Source of the DNA: Thermoleophilia bacterium
GTDB taxonomy: Bacteria > Actinomycetota > Thermoleophilia > Gaiellales > Gaiellaceae
Direction: 5' to 3'
Length of the DNA stretch: 49,380 bases
NCBI GenBank assembly: GCA_025934335.1
Contig: JAICYG010000001.1
Coordinates: 1 to 49,380 of the forward strand
Shown piece after piece: positions 20,059 to 30,135 of the stretch (within the stretch, counting starts at the first letter, position 1; every line of letters begins with the position of its first letter). The notes under the pieces were generated by a model. The model was not told the origin of the DNA. It did no database searches and saw nothing but the letters and a program-made list of their open reading frames with translations. The position numbers and the translations under genes are program-made.

Positions 20059-21316
20059 CGCCCGCTGCGCGCCTGCAGCCGCACCGCGACGGTGTCGAGC
20101 ATGACAGCGCCGAGGAGCACGAGGCCCGTGATGATGTAGATCCAGCCGTTCGACACGCTCAGCGTGTTGAGGCCGTTCTGCAGCGTGCCGATCAGGATCG
20201 CGCCGAGGAGGGCGCCGCGCACCTCACCGCGCCCGCCGAAGAGGCTGACGCCGCCGATCACGGCGGCCGCGATCGCGTTCAGCAGCAGGTTCCCGGGCGG
20301 GAACGTCAGCGCGACCGAGTTGACCTGCGCGGCGAAGATGATGCCGCCCATCGCGGCGGTCGCGCCCGAGATCATGAAGACGACCACGCGGATCCGCGAG
20401 ACGTTGATGCCCGCGCGGCGGGCGGCCTCGGCGTTCCCGCCGACCGCGTAGACGTGCCGGCCGAAGGTCGTCCACTTCGCGAGGAACGTCAGCAAGACGA
20501 AGAACAGGATGATGATCACGCCCGCGAGCGGCAGGCCCTCGGGCGTCGAGATGATCTTGCCGTGGTTCGCGATCGCGACCGTCCCGAAGACGGCGATGCC
20601 GATGCCGACCGCCTTCAGCGCGACGAGCGGCCAGTTCTGCTGGGCGATCTGGGTGCCGCGCGCCACGACGAGCTTGTAGAGGATGCTGATCGGATAGAGC
20701 GCCGTGAGGATGGCGGCGATGATCCAGCCGAGCCAGTGCGAGAAGATGTAGGCGTCGGTGTAGTTGATCCAGCGGTCCTGGATGATGATCGTGCCGCGCT
20801 GCTCGAGCTTGTTCAGGATCACGCCCTGCCAGATCAGGAAGCCCCCGAGCGTGACGACGAACGACGGCACCCCGATGAACGCCACGATCGAGCCCTGGAC
20901 GCCGCCGATCAGGGCGCACGCCGCGATCGCGACCAGCATCGCGAGGATCCCGTTCATCTGCCAGCTCGACCCGGGCAGCTGGAGCTCGGCCACGATCAGC
21001 GCGCCGATCCCCGCCAGGTAGCCGATCGAGAGGTCGATCTCGCCGAGCAGGAGGACGAAGACGACGCCGTACGCCAGCATCGCGGTGCCGGCGGTCTGCG
21101 TGATCAGGTTGACGAAGTTGACGGCCGTGAAGAAGTTCGTCGCCGTCAGCCCGAAGATGATGACGACGAGGATCTCGCCGACGATGATCGGGATCGCGCC
21201 GAGGTTGCCGGTGCGGAGGTTGAGCCAGGCACGGTGGTAGAGGCCGGCGACGCCGCCGGGGAGCTGCTCCTCCTCGGGCGGCAGGGCCCGGTCGGGGCCG
21301 ACGACGTCCGCCGTCG

Positions 21317-21320
<4 letters not shown>
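20055..21320 (-). CDS. CUT2-type sugar ABC transporter permease (XylH-like)
   Basis: 421 aa and multi-TM, with HVYAVGGNAEAARRAGINV as in XylH/RbsC-type permeases. The GTG at 21320 forms a GTGA overlap with the ATPase stop. Confidence 0.85.
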
Positions 21321-22096
<776 letters not shown>

Positions 22097-22110
22097 TGGG
22101 CGGAAGGGAC

Positions 22111-22140
22111 GTCGGAGGCGTCCCTGAGGACGCCTCCGAC
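22111..22140 (-). terminator. intercistronic perfect stem-loop between the SBP and ATPase genes (attenuator or mRNA-stabilising element)
   Basis: gtcggaggcgtcc-ctga-ggacgcctccgac forms a 13-bp perfect stem with a 4-nt loop, in the 61-nt gap after the SBP stop (22158). No U tract. Confidence 0.5.
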
Positions 22141-22157
22141 GCGTGACCTGCGAGATG

Positions 22158-23240
22158 CTACTTGCAGTACTTCTTGTACTGGCCGACGCAAACGTCGCTC
22201 CGCTTCAGGAACTTGTCCGTGAAGAGGCGCTTGTAGTTGGCCTTCGTGATCCACACGACCGGAAGCGCGAGCGTCGGCTCGTTGCGCGCGCCGTTCTTCC
22301 GCACCGTGTTCGTCTTCGGCTTGTGGCCCTTGAGGAGCGAGACCGCTGCCGCAGCGGCGGCATTGGCCTCGTCCGGCACGTACTTGTAGACCGTGCCGCT
22401 CTGCCAGCCGGAGAGGATGTACTGGATTCCCTGCACGCTCGCGTCCTGACCGGAGAGCGGCAGCGGCTTCAGGTGCTTCGCCTTCAGGTCTGCGACGACC
22501 GCGCCGGCGATGTTGTCGTTCGCGGCGAGAACGCCGTCGATCTTGTTGCTCGTCTTGACGAGCATCTGGCTGAAGATGGTCGCCGCGTTGTTCGCGTCCC
22601 AGTCGGGGACGAACTGCGTCGGGCCCTTCTTCAGCGTCTTCTTCTTGAACAGCGGGTTGAAGACGGCGTCGTTGCCGCTCTTGAACCAGAACGCGTTCTG
22701 GTCGGTCTGCCCGCCCCAGAGCTCGGCCACGACACCACCCGGGTACGTGCCGCGTGCCTTCATCGCGCGGATGACCCCGTTCGCCTGCGCCTGGCCGACC
22801 GCCTTGCCGTCAAACGTGACGTACACCGAGGCGGTGCCGCCGGTGACCTGGCGGTCGTAGTCGATCGCCTTGCCGCCCTTCGAGGTGAACAGCTTCTCGA
22901 TCGAGGCGGCCGAGCCGTTGTCGAGGGCGGTCTCGATGACCACCTTCGCACCGGCCGCGAGACACGCCTGCGCCTGCGCCTTCTGCTTCAACGGGTCGTT
23001 GAGAGCGTTGTTGATCGAGGCCTTCACGCCTGCCTTGGCGAACGCGGCCTTCATCGCCGGAGCGTCGAACTGCACCCAGCGGACGGACGACTTCGTGTCC
23101 GGCAGCAGGACGCAGACGTCGACGTTGGCAGTCCGGTGCTTCGTGCTCGCGGTCGCCGTCGCGACGACGAACACGGCGAGTCCGGCGACTACTGCCACGC
23201 TGAGGCCGATCGCCGTCGACCTCCGGAAGACTTTCCTCAA
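22158..23240 (-). CDS. sugar ABC transporter substrate-binding protein (XylF/RbsB-like, periplasmic-binding type I)
   Basis: TTG at 23240 follows AAGGAGAG. There is a signal/anchor segment (AIGLSVAVVAGLAVFVVATATAS). The Lys-rich PBP1 body carries DVCVLLPD, ANDNIAGAV and similar motifs. Confidence 0.8.
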   Translation of the reverse strand: MRKVFRRSTAIGLSVAVVAGLAVFVVATATASTKHRTANVDVCVLLPDTKSSVRWVQFDAPAMKAAFAKAGVKASINNALNDPLKQKAQAQACLAAGAKVVIETALDNGSAASIEKLFTSKGGKAIDYDRQVTGGTASVYVTFDGKAVGQAQANGVIRAMKARGTYPGGVVAELWGGQTDQNAFWFKSGNDAVFNPLFKKKTLKKGPTQFVPDWDANNAATIFSQMLVKTSNKIDGVLAANDNIAGAVVADLKAKHLKPLPLSGQDASVQGIQYILSGWQSGTVYKYVPDEANAAAAAAVSLLKGHKPKTNTVRKNGARNEPTLALPVVWITKANYKRLFTDKFLKRSDVCVGQYKKYCK

Positions 23241-23326
23241 GTTCTCTCCTTCGTTTGACGGGGGGTCAGTGTCAACCCCCAACGCTGTCGCATCCGGCGC
23301 CGCGAGTCAAGGGTAGGCTCGTATCC
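23241..23326. promoter_or_regulatory. divergent control region between the SBP gene and the isomerase-xylB genes
   Basis: TTGAC(23255-59)-N11-GTCAA(23271-75) inverted repeat. A TAGGCT (TANNNT) hexamer at 23314-19 sits 7 nt before ATG 23327, and there is no SD. Confidence 0.4.
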
Positions 23327-24331
23327 ATGAAGACGAGTCTCGGTATCTGGGCGTTCGGCGCCATGGCTACACGGTTCAATCCCGGCGGATACAAGCCGGA
23401 GCTGCAGGGAGCAACGACGGTCGACAAGGTCCGCACCGCGGTCGAGGGTCTCGGCGACCTGATGGACGACTACGAGTTCCACTACCCGCAGGAGCTCTCG
23501 CGGGAGAATCTCGACGCGGTGCGGGAGGCGCTCGACGGGCACGGCATCTACGCCGTCGCCACCGGGACGCACCTGAACCCGCGTTACGGGAAGGGCGGCA
23601 TCTCTTCGCCCGACGACGCGATCCGCGGCGAGGCGCTCGCCGAGGCGCTCGACGCGGCCGCGCTCGCGGGCGACATCGGCGCGCAGATGATCATCTGGCC
23701 CGGCGTCGAGGGCTACAACTACCCGTTCCAGACGGCGTACGCCGACGCGTGGGCGCGCTTCGTCGACGGCGTCGGGCAGGTCGCGTCGGCGTGCGGCGAG
23801 AAGGGCGTGACGCTCTTCCTCGAGCACAAGAACTCCGAGCCGGCGATGAAGATCTTCATGCGCAACATCGGCATGACGCTGCACGTGATCCACAGGCTGC
23901 GCGGCGAGGGGATCACGAACATCAAGGTCAACATGGACTGGCAGCACCTGATCATGAACGGCGAGAACCTCGCCGAGTACGCGGCGCTGCTTGCCGCCGA
24001 GGGGCTGCTCGGCCACCAGCACGCCAACTCCGGCTGGGGCACCTTCGACGACGACAACATGGTCGGCGCGACGGCGTTCATGGAGACCCTCGAGCTCGCG
24101 CTCGAGCTGCGACGGGCCGGCTACGGCCAGGGTGACGACCCGCGGCGGCTCGGCTTCGACCTCTACCCGTACACCGAGGACGCGGTCGGCGCGGTGAAGC
24201 GCTCCGTGCTGCAGTGGCGCTTCATCGACGGCGTCGCCGCGAAGCTGGACGGGGACGAGCTGCGCAAGGCCCAACAGGCGAAGGACGCGGTTCGCGCCTA
24301 CGAGCTCGTGTACGCGGCGCTCGGGGCTTGA
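23327..24331 (+). CDS. xylose-isomerase-like TIM-barrel sugar isomerase (non-canonical, 334 aa)
   Basis: IIWPGVEGYNYPFQ, FLEHKNSEP, VNMDWQHLIM and GHQHANSGWGTFDDDNMVG are reminiscent of class I XylA motifs (WGGREG, FEPKPNEP, VGHEQM, DLN..GxxxDQD) but diverge from them. Confidence 0.6.
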   Translation: MKTSLGIWAFGAMATRFNPGGYKPELQGATTVDKVRTAVEGLGDLMDDYEFHYPQELSRENLDAVREALDGHGIYAVATGTHLNPRYGKGGISSPDDAIRGEALAEALDAAALAGDIGAQMIIWPGVEGYNYPFQTAYADAWARFVDGVGQVASACGEKGVTLFLEHKNSEPAMKIFMRNIGMTLHVIHRLRGEGITNIKVNMDWQHLIMNGENLAEYAALLAAEGLLGHQHANSGWGTFDDDNMVGATAFMETLELALELRRAGYGQGDDPRRLGFDLYPYTEDAVGAVKRSVLQWRFIDGVAAKLDGDELRKAQQAKDAVRAYELVYAALGA

Positions 24332-25695
24332 CGACGCTGATCGGCCTCGACGTCGGCACGTCCGGCGTCAAGGGGATCGCGCTCTCCGGCGACGGCGACG
24401 TGCTCGCCGTCGCCGAGGAGCCGTACCCGCTTTCCACTCCTCATCCGGGCTGGTCGGAGCAGGAGCCCGAGGACTGGTGGCGAGCGGCGCAGGCCGTACT
24501 CGCGCGGCTCCCGGAGGGGCCGGTCGGGCTCTCGGGGCAGATGCACGGGCTCGTCGTCCTGGACGAAGCGGAGCGCGTGCTGCGGCCGGCGATCCTCTGG
24601 AACGACCAGCGCACCGGCGCCGAGTGCGCCGAGATCGAGGAGCGCGTCGGGCTCGAGCGGCTGATCGAACTGACGGGCAACCGCGCGCTCACGGGCTTCA
24701 CCGCGCCGAAGCTCCTCTGGCTCCGCCGCCACGAGCCGGACACGTACGCGCGCATCCGCCATGTCCTGCTGCCGAAGGACTACGTGCGCCTGCGGCTGAC
24801 GGGCGACCAGGCGATCGACGCCGCCGACGCGTCCGGGACGCTCCTCTTCGACGTCGCGCACCGCCGCTGGTCGGACGAGGTGTGCGCGGCGCTCGAGGTG
24901 CCGCTCGAGTGGCTGCCGCCCGCGTTCGAGTCGACCGAGGTGGCGGGCGCCGGCGACCAGGCGGCGGCCGCGCTCGGCGTCGGCATCGCCGCACCGGGAC
25001 CGGTCTCGGTCGTGCTCGGAACCTCGGGCGTCGTCTTCGCCGCGTTGCCGTCCTACGAGCCCGATGCGCTCGCCCGCGTCCACACCTTCTGCCACGCGGT
25101 GCCCGGCACGTGGCACGCGATGGGCGTCATGCTCAGCGCCGCCGGCTCCGCGGCCTGGCTGCAGCGGGCGCTCGCCGCGCCGTACGCCGAGCTCGACGCC
25201 GAGGCGGAGCGCTGGGAGCCCGGCTGTGAGGGCCTGTCGTTCGCGCCGTACCTCGCCGGCGAGCGGACGCCGTACCCCGACCCGGATGCGCGCGGAGCGT
25301 TCACCGGGCTCTCGGTGCGCCACGACCGCGGCGCCCTGTGGCGCGCGATGCTCGAGGGCGTCGCCTTCGGCCTGCGCGACTCGCTCGAGCTGCTGCGCGA
25401 GCTCGGCGTGCGGCCCGAGGTGGGACGCGTCTCGGGCGGCGGGGCGCGCAGCGAGCTCTGGCTCCGCATCGTCGCTTCCGCGCTCGGGCTGCCGCTCGAG
25501 CGGACGGAGGTCGAGGAAGGCTCGGCGTTCGGCGCCGCGCTCCTCGCCGGCGTCCGCGCGGGCGTGTTCGCGGACGCGCGGGAGGCGGTCGACCGCTGCG
25601 TCCGCGCGCGCTCGGTGGTCGAGCCGGTCTGGGACTACGACGACGCGTACGCGCGCTTCCGCACCCTCTACCCCACGTTGAAGGAGATCTCATGA
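24328..25695 (+). CDS. xylB: xylulokinase (FGGY family)
   Basis: LIGLDVGTSGVKG, HPGWSEQEPEDWW and ILWNDQRT are typical of XylB. TTGA overlap with the isomerase stop. Confidence 0.8.
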   Translation: MTTLIGLDVGTSGVKGIALSGDGDVLAVAEEPYPLSTPHPGWSEQEPEDWWRAAQAVLARLPEGPVGLSGQMHGLVVLDEAERVLRPAILWNDQRTGAECAEIEERVGLERLIELTGNRALTGFTAPKLLWLRRHEPDTYARIRHVLLPKDYVRLRLTGDQAIDAADASGTLLFDVAHRRWSDEVCAALEVPLEWLPPAFESTEVAGAGDQAAAALGVGIAAPGPVSVVLGTSGVVFAALPSYEPDALARVHTFCHAVPGTWHAMGVMLSAAGSAAWLQRALAAPYAELDAEAERWEPGCEGLSFAPYLAGERTPYPDPDARGAFTGLSVRHDRGALWRAMLEGVAFGLRDSLELLRELGVRPEVGRVSGGGARSELWLRIVASALGLPLERTEVEEGSAFGAALLAGVRAGVFADAREAVDRCVRARSVVEPVWDYDDAYARFRTLYPTLKEIS

Positions 25696-25762
25696 GCGTA
25701 GGCTTGACGGAGCTCATCGAAGAGCGAAGGTGCCGGCTCTGCCGGCGCCGGGAGCGGGAATC

Positions 25763-26464
25763 ATGAGCCTCGAAGGCAAGACCGCTGTGATCACCGGGGC
25801 GAGCCGCGGGATCGGCGCCGCCGTCGCCCGGATGCTGCACGAGCGCGGCGTCAACCTCGGCCTCGCCTCGCGCTCCGGCGACGATCTCGGCCTCGAGAAC
25901 GTCGTCGCGCTGCCGTGCGACGTCCGCGACCTCGACGCGCTGACGCGCCTCTGCGACGCCACCGCCGAGCGCTTCGGCGGCATCGACATCGTCGTGCCGA
26001 ACGCCGGCGTCGGCGCCTACGGCTCGTTCCTCGACCTGTCGCTCGAGCACCTCGACGAGATGCTCGACGTGAACCTGAAGGGCACCGTCTACGCGATCCG
26101 CGCCGCGCTGCCGCACATGCTCGGCCGCGAGGGCGACGTGGTCACGCTCGCGTCGGAGGCGGGCCGCCGCGGCCTGCCGTACGAGGCCGTCTACTGCGCG
26201 TCGAAGTTCGGCCAGGTCGGGCTGACACGCGCGCTCGACCACGAGCTGCGCGAGCACGGCATCCGCTGCACGAACGTCTGCCCGGGTGGCGTCGCCACCG
26301 ACTTCGCGCTCGAGGAGGGCCGCGGCCGGACGCCCGACGTGCTGCCGGGGATGATGACGGCCGAGGACGTCGCCGAGGTGGTGGTCTTCGTGCTCGAGCG
26401 GCCCCGCCGCTTCCGCATCCTCGAGACGGCGCTGCGCCCGATGACCGAGCAGAGCTGGGGTTGA
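25763..26464 (+). CDS. SDR-family oxidoreductase
   Basis: ITGASRGIG and YCASKFG (YxxxK) motifs. ATG 25763 is preceded by GGGAGCGGGA. Confidence 0.85.
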   Translation: MSLEGKTAVITGASRGIGAAVARMLHERGVNLGLASRSGDDLGLENVVALPCDVRDLDALTRLCDATAERFGGIDIVVPNAGVGAYGSFLDLSLEHLDEMLDVNLKGTVYAIRAALPHMLGREGDVVTLASEAGRRGLPYEAVYCASKFGQVGLTRALDHELREHGIRCTNVCPGGVATDFALEEGRGRTPDVLPGMMTAEDVAEVVVFVLERPRRFRILETALRPMTEQSWG

Positions 26465-27378
26465 TCGACGAGGGCCTCCTCGACGCCGGCGACGGGAACC
26501 GGATCCACTGGCAGACGCACGGCAATCCCGCGGGGAAGCCCGTGCTCGCGGTCCACGGCGGCCCCGGCTCCGGCGCGAATGACGGCGCCCTGCGCCGCTT
26601 CGACCTCGACCGCCACCTCGTCGTGCTCTTCGACCAGCGCGGCTGCGGCCGGAGCGCCCCGCACGCGAGCGACCTCGCGACCGACATGAGCGTCAACACG
26701 ACCCACCACCTCGTCCGCGACATGGAGCTGCTGCGCGAGCACCTCGGTATCGAGCGGTGGCTCCTCTACGGCGGCTCGTGGGGCTCGACGCTGATCCTCG
26801 CCTACGCCGAGCGGAACCCGGAGCGCGTCTCGGAGATCGTTATCGCCGGCGTGACCATGACGCGTCCGGAGGAGATCGACTGGCTCTACCGGGGCGTCGG
26901 CCGCTTCCTGCCGGAGCAGTGGGAGCGGTTCCGCGCGGCGGCCGGCGACGACGACGTCGTCGCCGCGTATGCGCGCCTCCTCGAGGACGCGGATCCGGCC
27001 GTCCGCGAGCGGGCTGCCGCCGAGTGGGTCGCGTGGGAGGACGCCGTCATCTCCCACGAGCCGAACGGAGTCCCCGGCGCCTACAGCGCCCGCGTCGACG
27101 ATGCGCGCCTGGCGTTCGTCCGCATCTGCACGCACTACTTCTCGCACGGCGCCTGGCTCGAGGACGGCGAGCTGCTCCGCGACGCGAACCGTCTCGAGGG
27201 CATTGCCGGCGTCCTCGTCCACGGCAAGCTCGACCTCGGCTCACCGCTCGAGACCGCCTGGCAACTGCACCGGGCGTGGCCGGGCTCGGAGCTCGTGGTC
27301 GTCGACGACGCCGGACATACCGGGAGCGACGCGATGCGCTTCGCCGTCGCCGCGGCGGCGAAGCGGTTCGAGCAATGA
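26461..27378 (+). CDS. pip: prolyl aminopeptidase (alpha/beta hydrolase)
   Basis: HGGPGSG, LFDQRGCGRS and the nucleophile elbow GGSWGSTL. TTGA overlap with the SDR stop. Confidence 0.8.
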   Translation: MIDEGLLDAGDGNRIHWQTHGNPAGKPVLAVHGGPGSGANDGALRRFDLDRHLVVLFDQRGCGRSAPHASDLATDMSVNTTHHLVRDMELLREHLGIERWLLYGGSWGSTLILAYAERNPERVSEIVIAGVTMTRPEEIDWLYRGVGRFLPEQWERFRAAAGDDDVVAAYARLLEDADPAVRERAAAEWVAWEDAVISHEPNGVPGAYSARVDDARLAFVRICTHYFSHGAWLEDGELLRDANRLEGIAGVLVHGKLDLGSPLETAWQLHRAWPGSELVVVDDAGHTGSDAMRFAVAAAAKRFEQ

Positions 27379-27443
27379 GTCCTGCGACAAGAGATCGCCG
27401 AAAGGGCGCGAATCAGGAAGAGGGCGCCGGTAGATTCGGTCTG

Positions 27444-28151
27444 ATGAAAAGGCTCCGAGTCGTGTCGTTGAACCTCTGGGGGCTCTCCCTGTGGCGCGAA
27501 GTGGCCGACCTTTGCGAGGCGGAATGCGTTGACGTTGCCTGCCTTCAGGAGGTCGATAGACACTACCGAGACAGAAGCCGGTGGGACGACGTGCCCGCGC
27601 GAGCTGCGGATGAGTTGGGCTGGGAGTGGGCTTATGCACCTGCGATCTTTCTGCCCGATACGACCGGGACGCGCCAGTACGGCAATGCGGTGCTCACGCG
27701 CCTTCCGCTACTCGGCCGACGCGAGCACGCACTGGCTCCCGAAGTGGAGTGGACGGAACCGGACGACAGCCTCACCGAGCCCCGGATTCTTCTCGAAGCC
27801 GTCATTGAGGCGCCGTGGGGTGGCCTTCTGCGGATCGGCTGCACTCATCTTGCTGATGTCGTCAATCCGGAGGACGAGTGGATCGGGCGCCGTCAAGTCG
27901 CCGACATCCTGCGCGTCGTGCGGGATCCCGCATGGACTCATGTGCCGACCGTCCTGACGGGCGACTTCAATGCGCGGGTCGGCTCCGAGTTACTGGGTGA
28001 TCTCGAGACATCCCTTCGTCTCGTGGCGGTTGAACAGCCGCATGTCGACCACCTCTTCATCTCGGATGGCCTCCGTGCCACAGAGGCTCGCCTACTTGGC
28101 CCGTGCGGGTCAGACCATCTGCCCCTTTTGTGCGACCTCGTTCCCGCCTAA
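27444..28151 (+). CDS. endonuclease/exonuclease/phosphatase (EEP) family protein
   Basis: VVSLNLWG, ACLQEV, GDFNA and the terminal SDHLPL motifs. No signal peptide. It is the first gene with the altered codon usage. Confidence 0.75.
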   Translation: MKRLRVVSLNLWGLSLWREVADLCEAECVDVACLQEVDRHYRDRSRWDDVPARAADELGWEWAYAPAIFLPDTTGTRQYGNAVLTRLPLLGRREHALAPEVEWTEPDDSLTEPRILLEAVIEAPWGGLLRIGCTHLADVVNPEDEWIGRRQVADILRVVRDPAWTHVPTVLTGDFNARVGSELLGDLETSLRLVAVEQPHVDHLFISDGLRATEARLLGPCGSDHLPLLCDLVPA

Positions 28152-28223
28152 AAGCCAGAGGAGCGCCGTTACCAGGTTTCCAGCTTTGCCTCGTCCCAGG
28201 AGCCAGTCTCGGCCGAAGGTGGG

Positions 28224-29108
28224 TCAGTCAAGGGCACTTTGCAGTTCGGAAGCCGTGGGCATCGCCGCGGAACAGGCGACGCGTGATGCGACGATCGCCC
28301 CCGCGATCGTGCCTCTTCGGACGGCTTCGACGAGCGATCGCCCCCTCAGGAGCGATTCGCCGAGCGCCGCCGCGAAGGCGTCCCCCGCGCCGAGCCCGTT
28401 GAGAACGGTCACAGCGCGGCCTTCGACATCGGTGCGCTGACCGTCCTCGAACACGGTCGCACCGCGCTCACCGCGCTTCAACACGAGGGTCGCCACCTCA
28501 GGAAGAGATGCCGCGGCAACCTCTTCCTCGTTGCCGATCACCACGTCCGCGGCGGCGACAGCATCACGAACAACGGCCGGGAACGCCGCCACGTCGTCCC
28601 AGAGATCAGGCCGCCAGTCGAGGTCGAAAATCGTCACCCCTCGGTGTGCGCGTAGCGCGCCGAGAGTCGTCTCGCGGCTCGGAGACTGCGCGAGCGCGGT
28701 CGCGGTGGCGTAGAGGATTCTCGCGTCGGCGACCTCCTCCTGGTCGAAGTCTTCCGTCTCGAGCCGCCAGTCAGGAGCCGTCGGCTTGCGATAGAAGGTG
28801 ATCGGAAAGCGATCAGGTGGCCAGATCTCGCAAAACGTGGGCGGTGTCTGCCAGTAGGGGTCGACGCCGAGGAACCGCACGTCCACTCCCTGCTCGGCAA
28901 GCCACCGGCGGATGAACACCCCGTGGCCGTCAGCACCGACTCGCGAGACGATGGCGGCGTCAACCCCGAGGCGCGCCAGACCGGTTGCCACATTCCCGGC
29001 GAATCCTCCGACGTAGCGTCTAAACGTCTCGACCTCCGACAACGGCGTCTCGAACTGCTCCGGGTACAGGTCGACCCCGACACGCCCGAGCACTGCTGCG
29101 TCGATCAA
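28224..29108 (-). CDS. iolC: PfkB kinase, 5-dehydro-2-deoxygluconokinase (IolC)-like
   Basis: VLGRVGVDLYP, TFRRYVGGFAGNVATG, ATALAQSPSRETTL, DLDWRPDLW, GAGDAF and the terminal AMPTASEL parallel B. subtilis IolC as I recall it. TTG 29108 sits 6 nt after GAGGAG; an alternative TTG is at 29177. Confidence 0.65.
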   Translation of the reverse strand: MIDAAVLGRVGVDLYPEQFETPLSEVETFRRYVGGFAGNVATGLARLGVDAAIVSRVGADGHGVFIRRWLAEQGVDVRFLGVDPYWQTPPTFCEIWPPDRFPITFYRKPTAPDWRLETEDFDQEEVADARILYATATALAQSPSRETTLGALRAHRGVTIFDLDWRPDLWDDVAAFPAVVRDAVAAADVVIGNEEEVAAASLPEVATLVLKRGERGATVFEDGQRTDVEGRAVTVLNGLGAGDAFAAALGESLLRGRSLVEAVRRGTIAGAIVASRVACSAAMPTASELQSALD

Positions 29109-29286
29109 AGGAAGCTCCTCTCGTCGCGTCGGGCTTCGCGACAACTCGTGCCCGCGGCCCAGGCGGCTTCGCCGCAACTGAACGCCTCGGTCTGCACACC
29201 ATGCGAACGCGCAATGATGAGAGCGCCAGGTTCTGCCTGGCTCGTCACGACGCGCGTGGCCGCCAGCGCCGCCGGCCTCAACCTCG

Positions 29287-30096
29287 TCATTGCGGAAATG
29301 CCCCCACGAAGGAGCATGCGGCGGCTCCGGCCCGTGAACCCTCCTCCATGCATTCACGGAGCGTCCGGCCTGCGAGCCGAACGGCCAAGAACGACCCGAT
29401 GAACGCGTCCCCAGCACCACAGGTATCGATGACGTCTACCGCCCGAAGTGCCGACATCTCTATGACCTCCCCCGCCTCGCTCGCCAAGCTCCCGCGCGAG
29501 CCGCGCAGCACGACCGCACAGCGGACGCCTGCCCGATGAAGCTGGCTCACCACGCGCCACGGCTCGTCTCTCGGAGAGGACACGAACGCGACGTCCAGGT
29601 CGGCAAGGGCCGTTCCCAGGCCATGGTCGGAGAAGTCGTACGAAAGGGTTGCGCCGGCGTCCGCTGCAATTCGCCAGAGCTCACTCAGGTGCCTCGGTAG
29701 CCGCGTCGCATGAATATGGCATGCGCCTACCGCAATTTCGGCTAGATCTGCAGGAGGCGAGAACGCATCGGTGATCGTGTACTCCTCGCGAACGAAGCGG
29801 CGCTCGCCGTCAGTGGCGAGAGCGATTTCCGTGACGGCCGTGGGAAGCGCGCCGTCGCGCACGACGCGGCTGATGTCGACGTTCTTCTTTCTCAACGTGG
29901 CCAGCACCCTGTCTCCCTCGACATCGCGTCCGACCGCCCCGAAATAGGCAGTCTCCACGCCTCGGGAAGCGAGGGCGACCGAAACGTTGGCGCAGCTGCC
30001 ACCTACGAGTTCACGGTCGACCGGTGGCAGATACCGATCAAGGCAGTTGTCTCCAATACAGATGACGGCCCGATGGCGACCATTCAGGGCTCGCAT
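29287..30096 (-). CDS. PfkB kinase, fructoselysine/fructosamine 6-kinase (FrlD)-like
   Basis: ICIGDNCLDRY, GGSCANVSVAL, VDISRV, YDFSD, LDVAFVS and VIDTCGAGDAFIGSFL resemble E. coli FrlD motifs as I recall them. 269 aa. Confidence 0.6.
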   Translation of the reverse strand: MRALNGRHRAVICIGDNCLDRYLPPVDRELVGGSCANVSVALASRGVETAYFGAVGRDVEGDRVLATLRKKNVDISRVVRDGALPTAVTEIALATDGERRFVREEYTITDAFSPPADLAEIAVGACHIHATRLPRHLSELWRIAADAGATLSYDFSDHGLGTALADLDVAFVSSPRDEPWRVVSQLHRAGVRCAVVLRGSRGSLASEAGEVIEMSALRAVDVIDTCGAGDAFIGSFLAVRLAGRTLRECMEEGSRAGAAACSFVGAFPQ

Positions 30097-30135
30097 TCAC
30101 ACCGCCGCGGCTCACGAGTAGGTAGAGAAGACAAC

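Noticed and set aside
28224-29420. 398-aa extended ORF for the IolC-like kinase
   Set aside because: The N-terminal roughly 100 aa are Arg/Gly/Trp-rich junk that overlaps the FrlD-like gene. Kinase homology begins at LIDAAVLGRVGVD, next to a TTG with a good SD.
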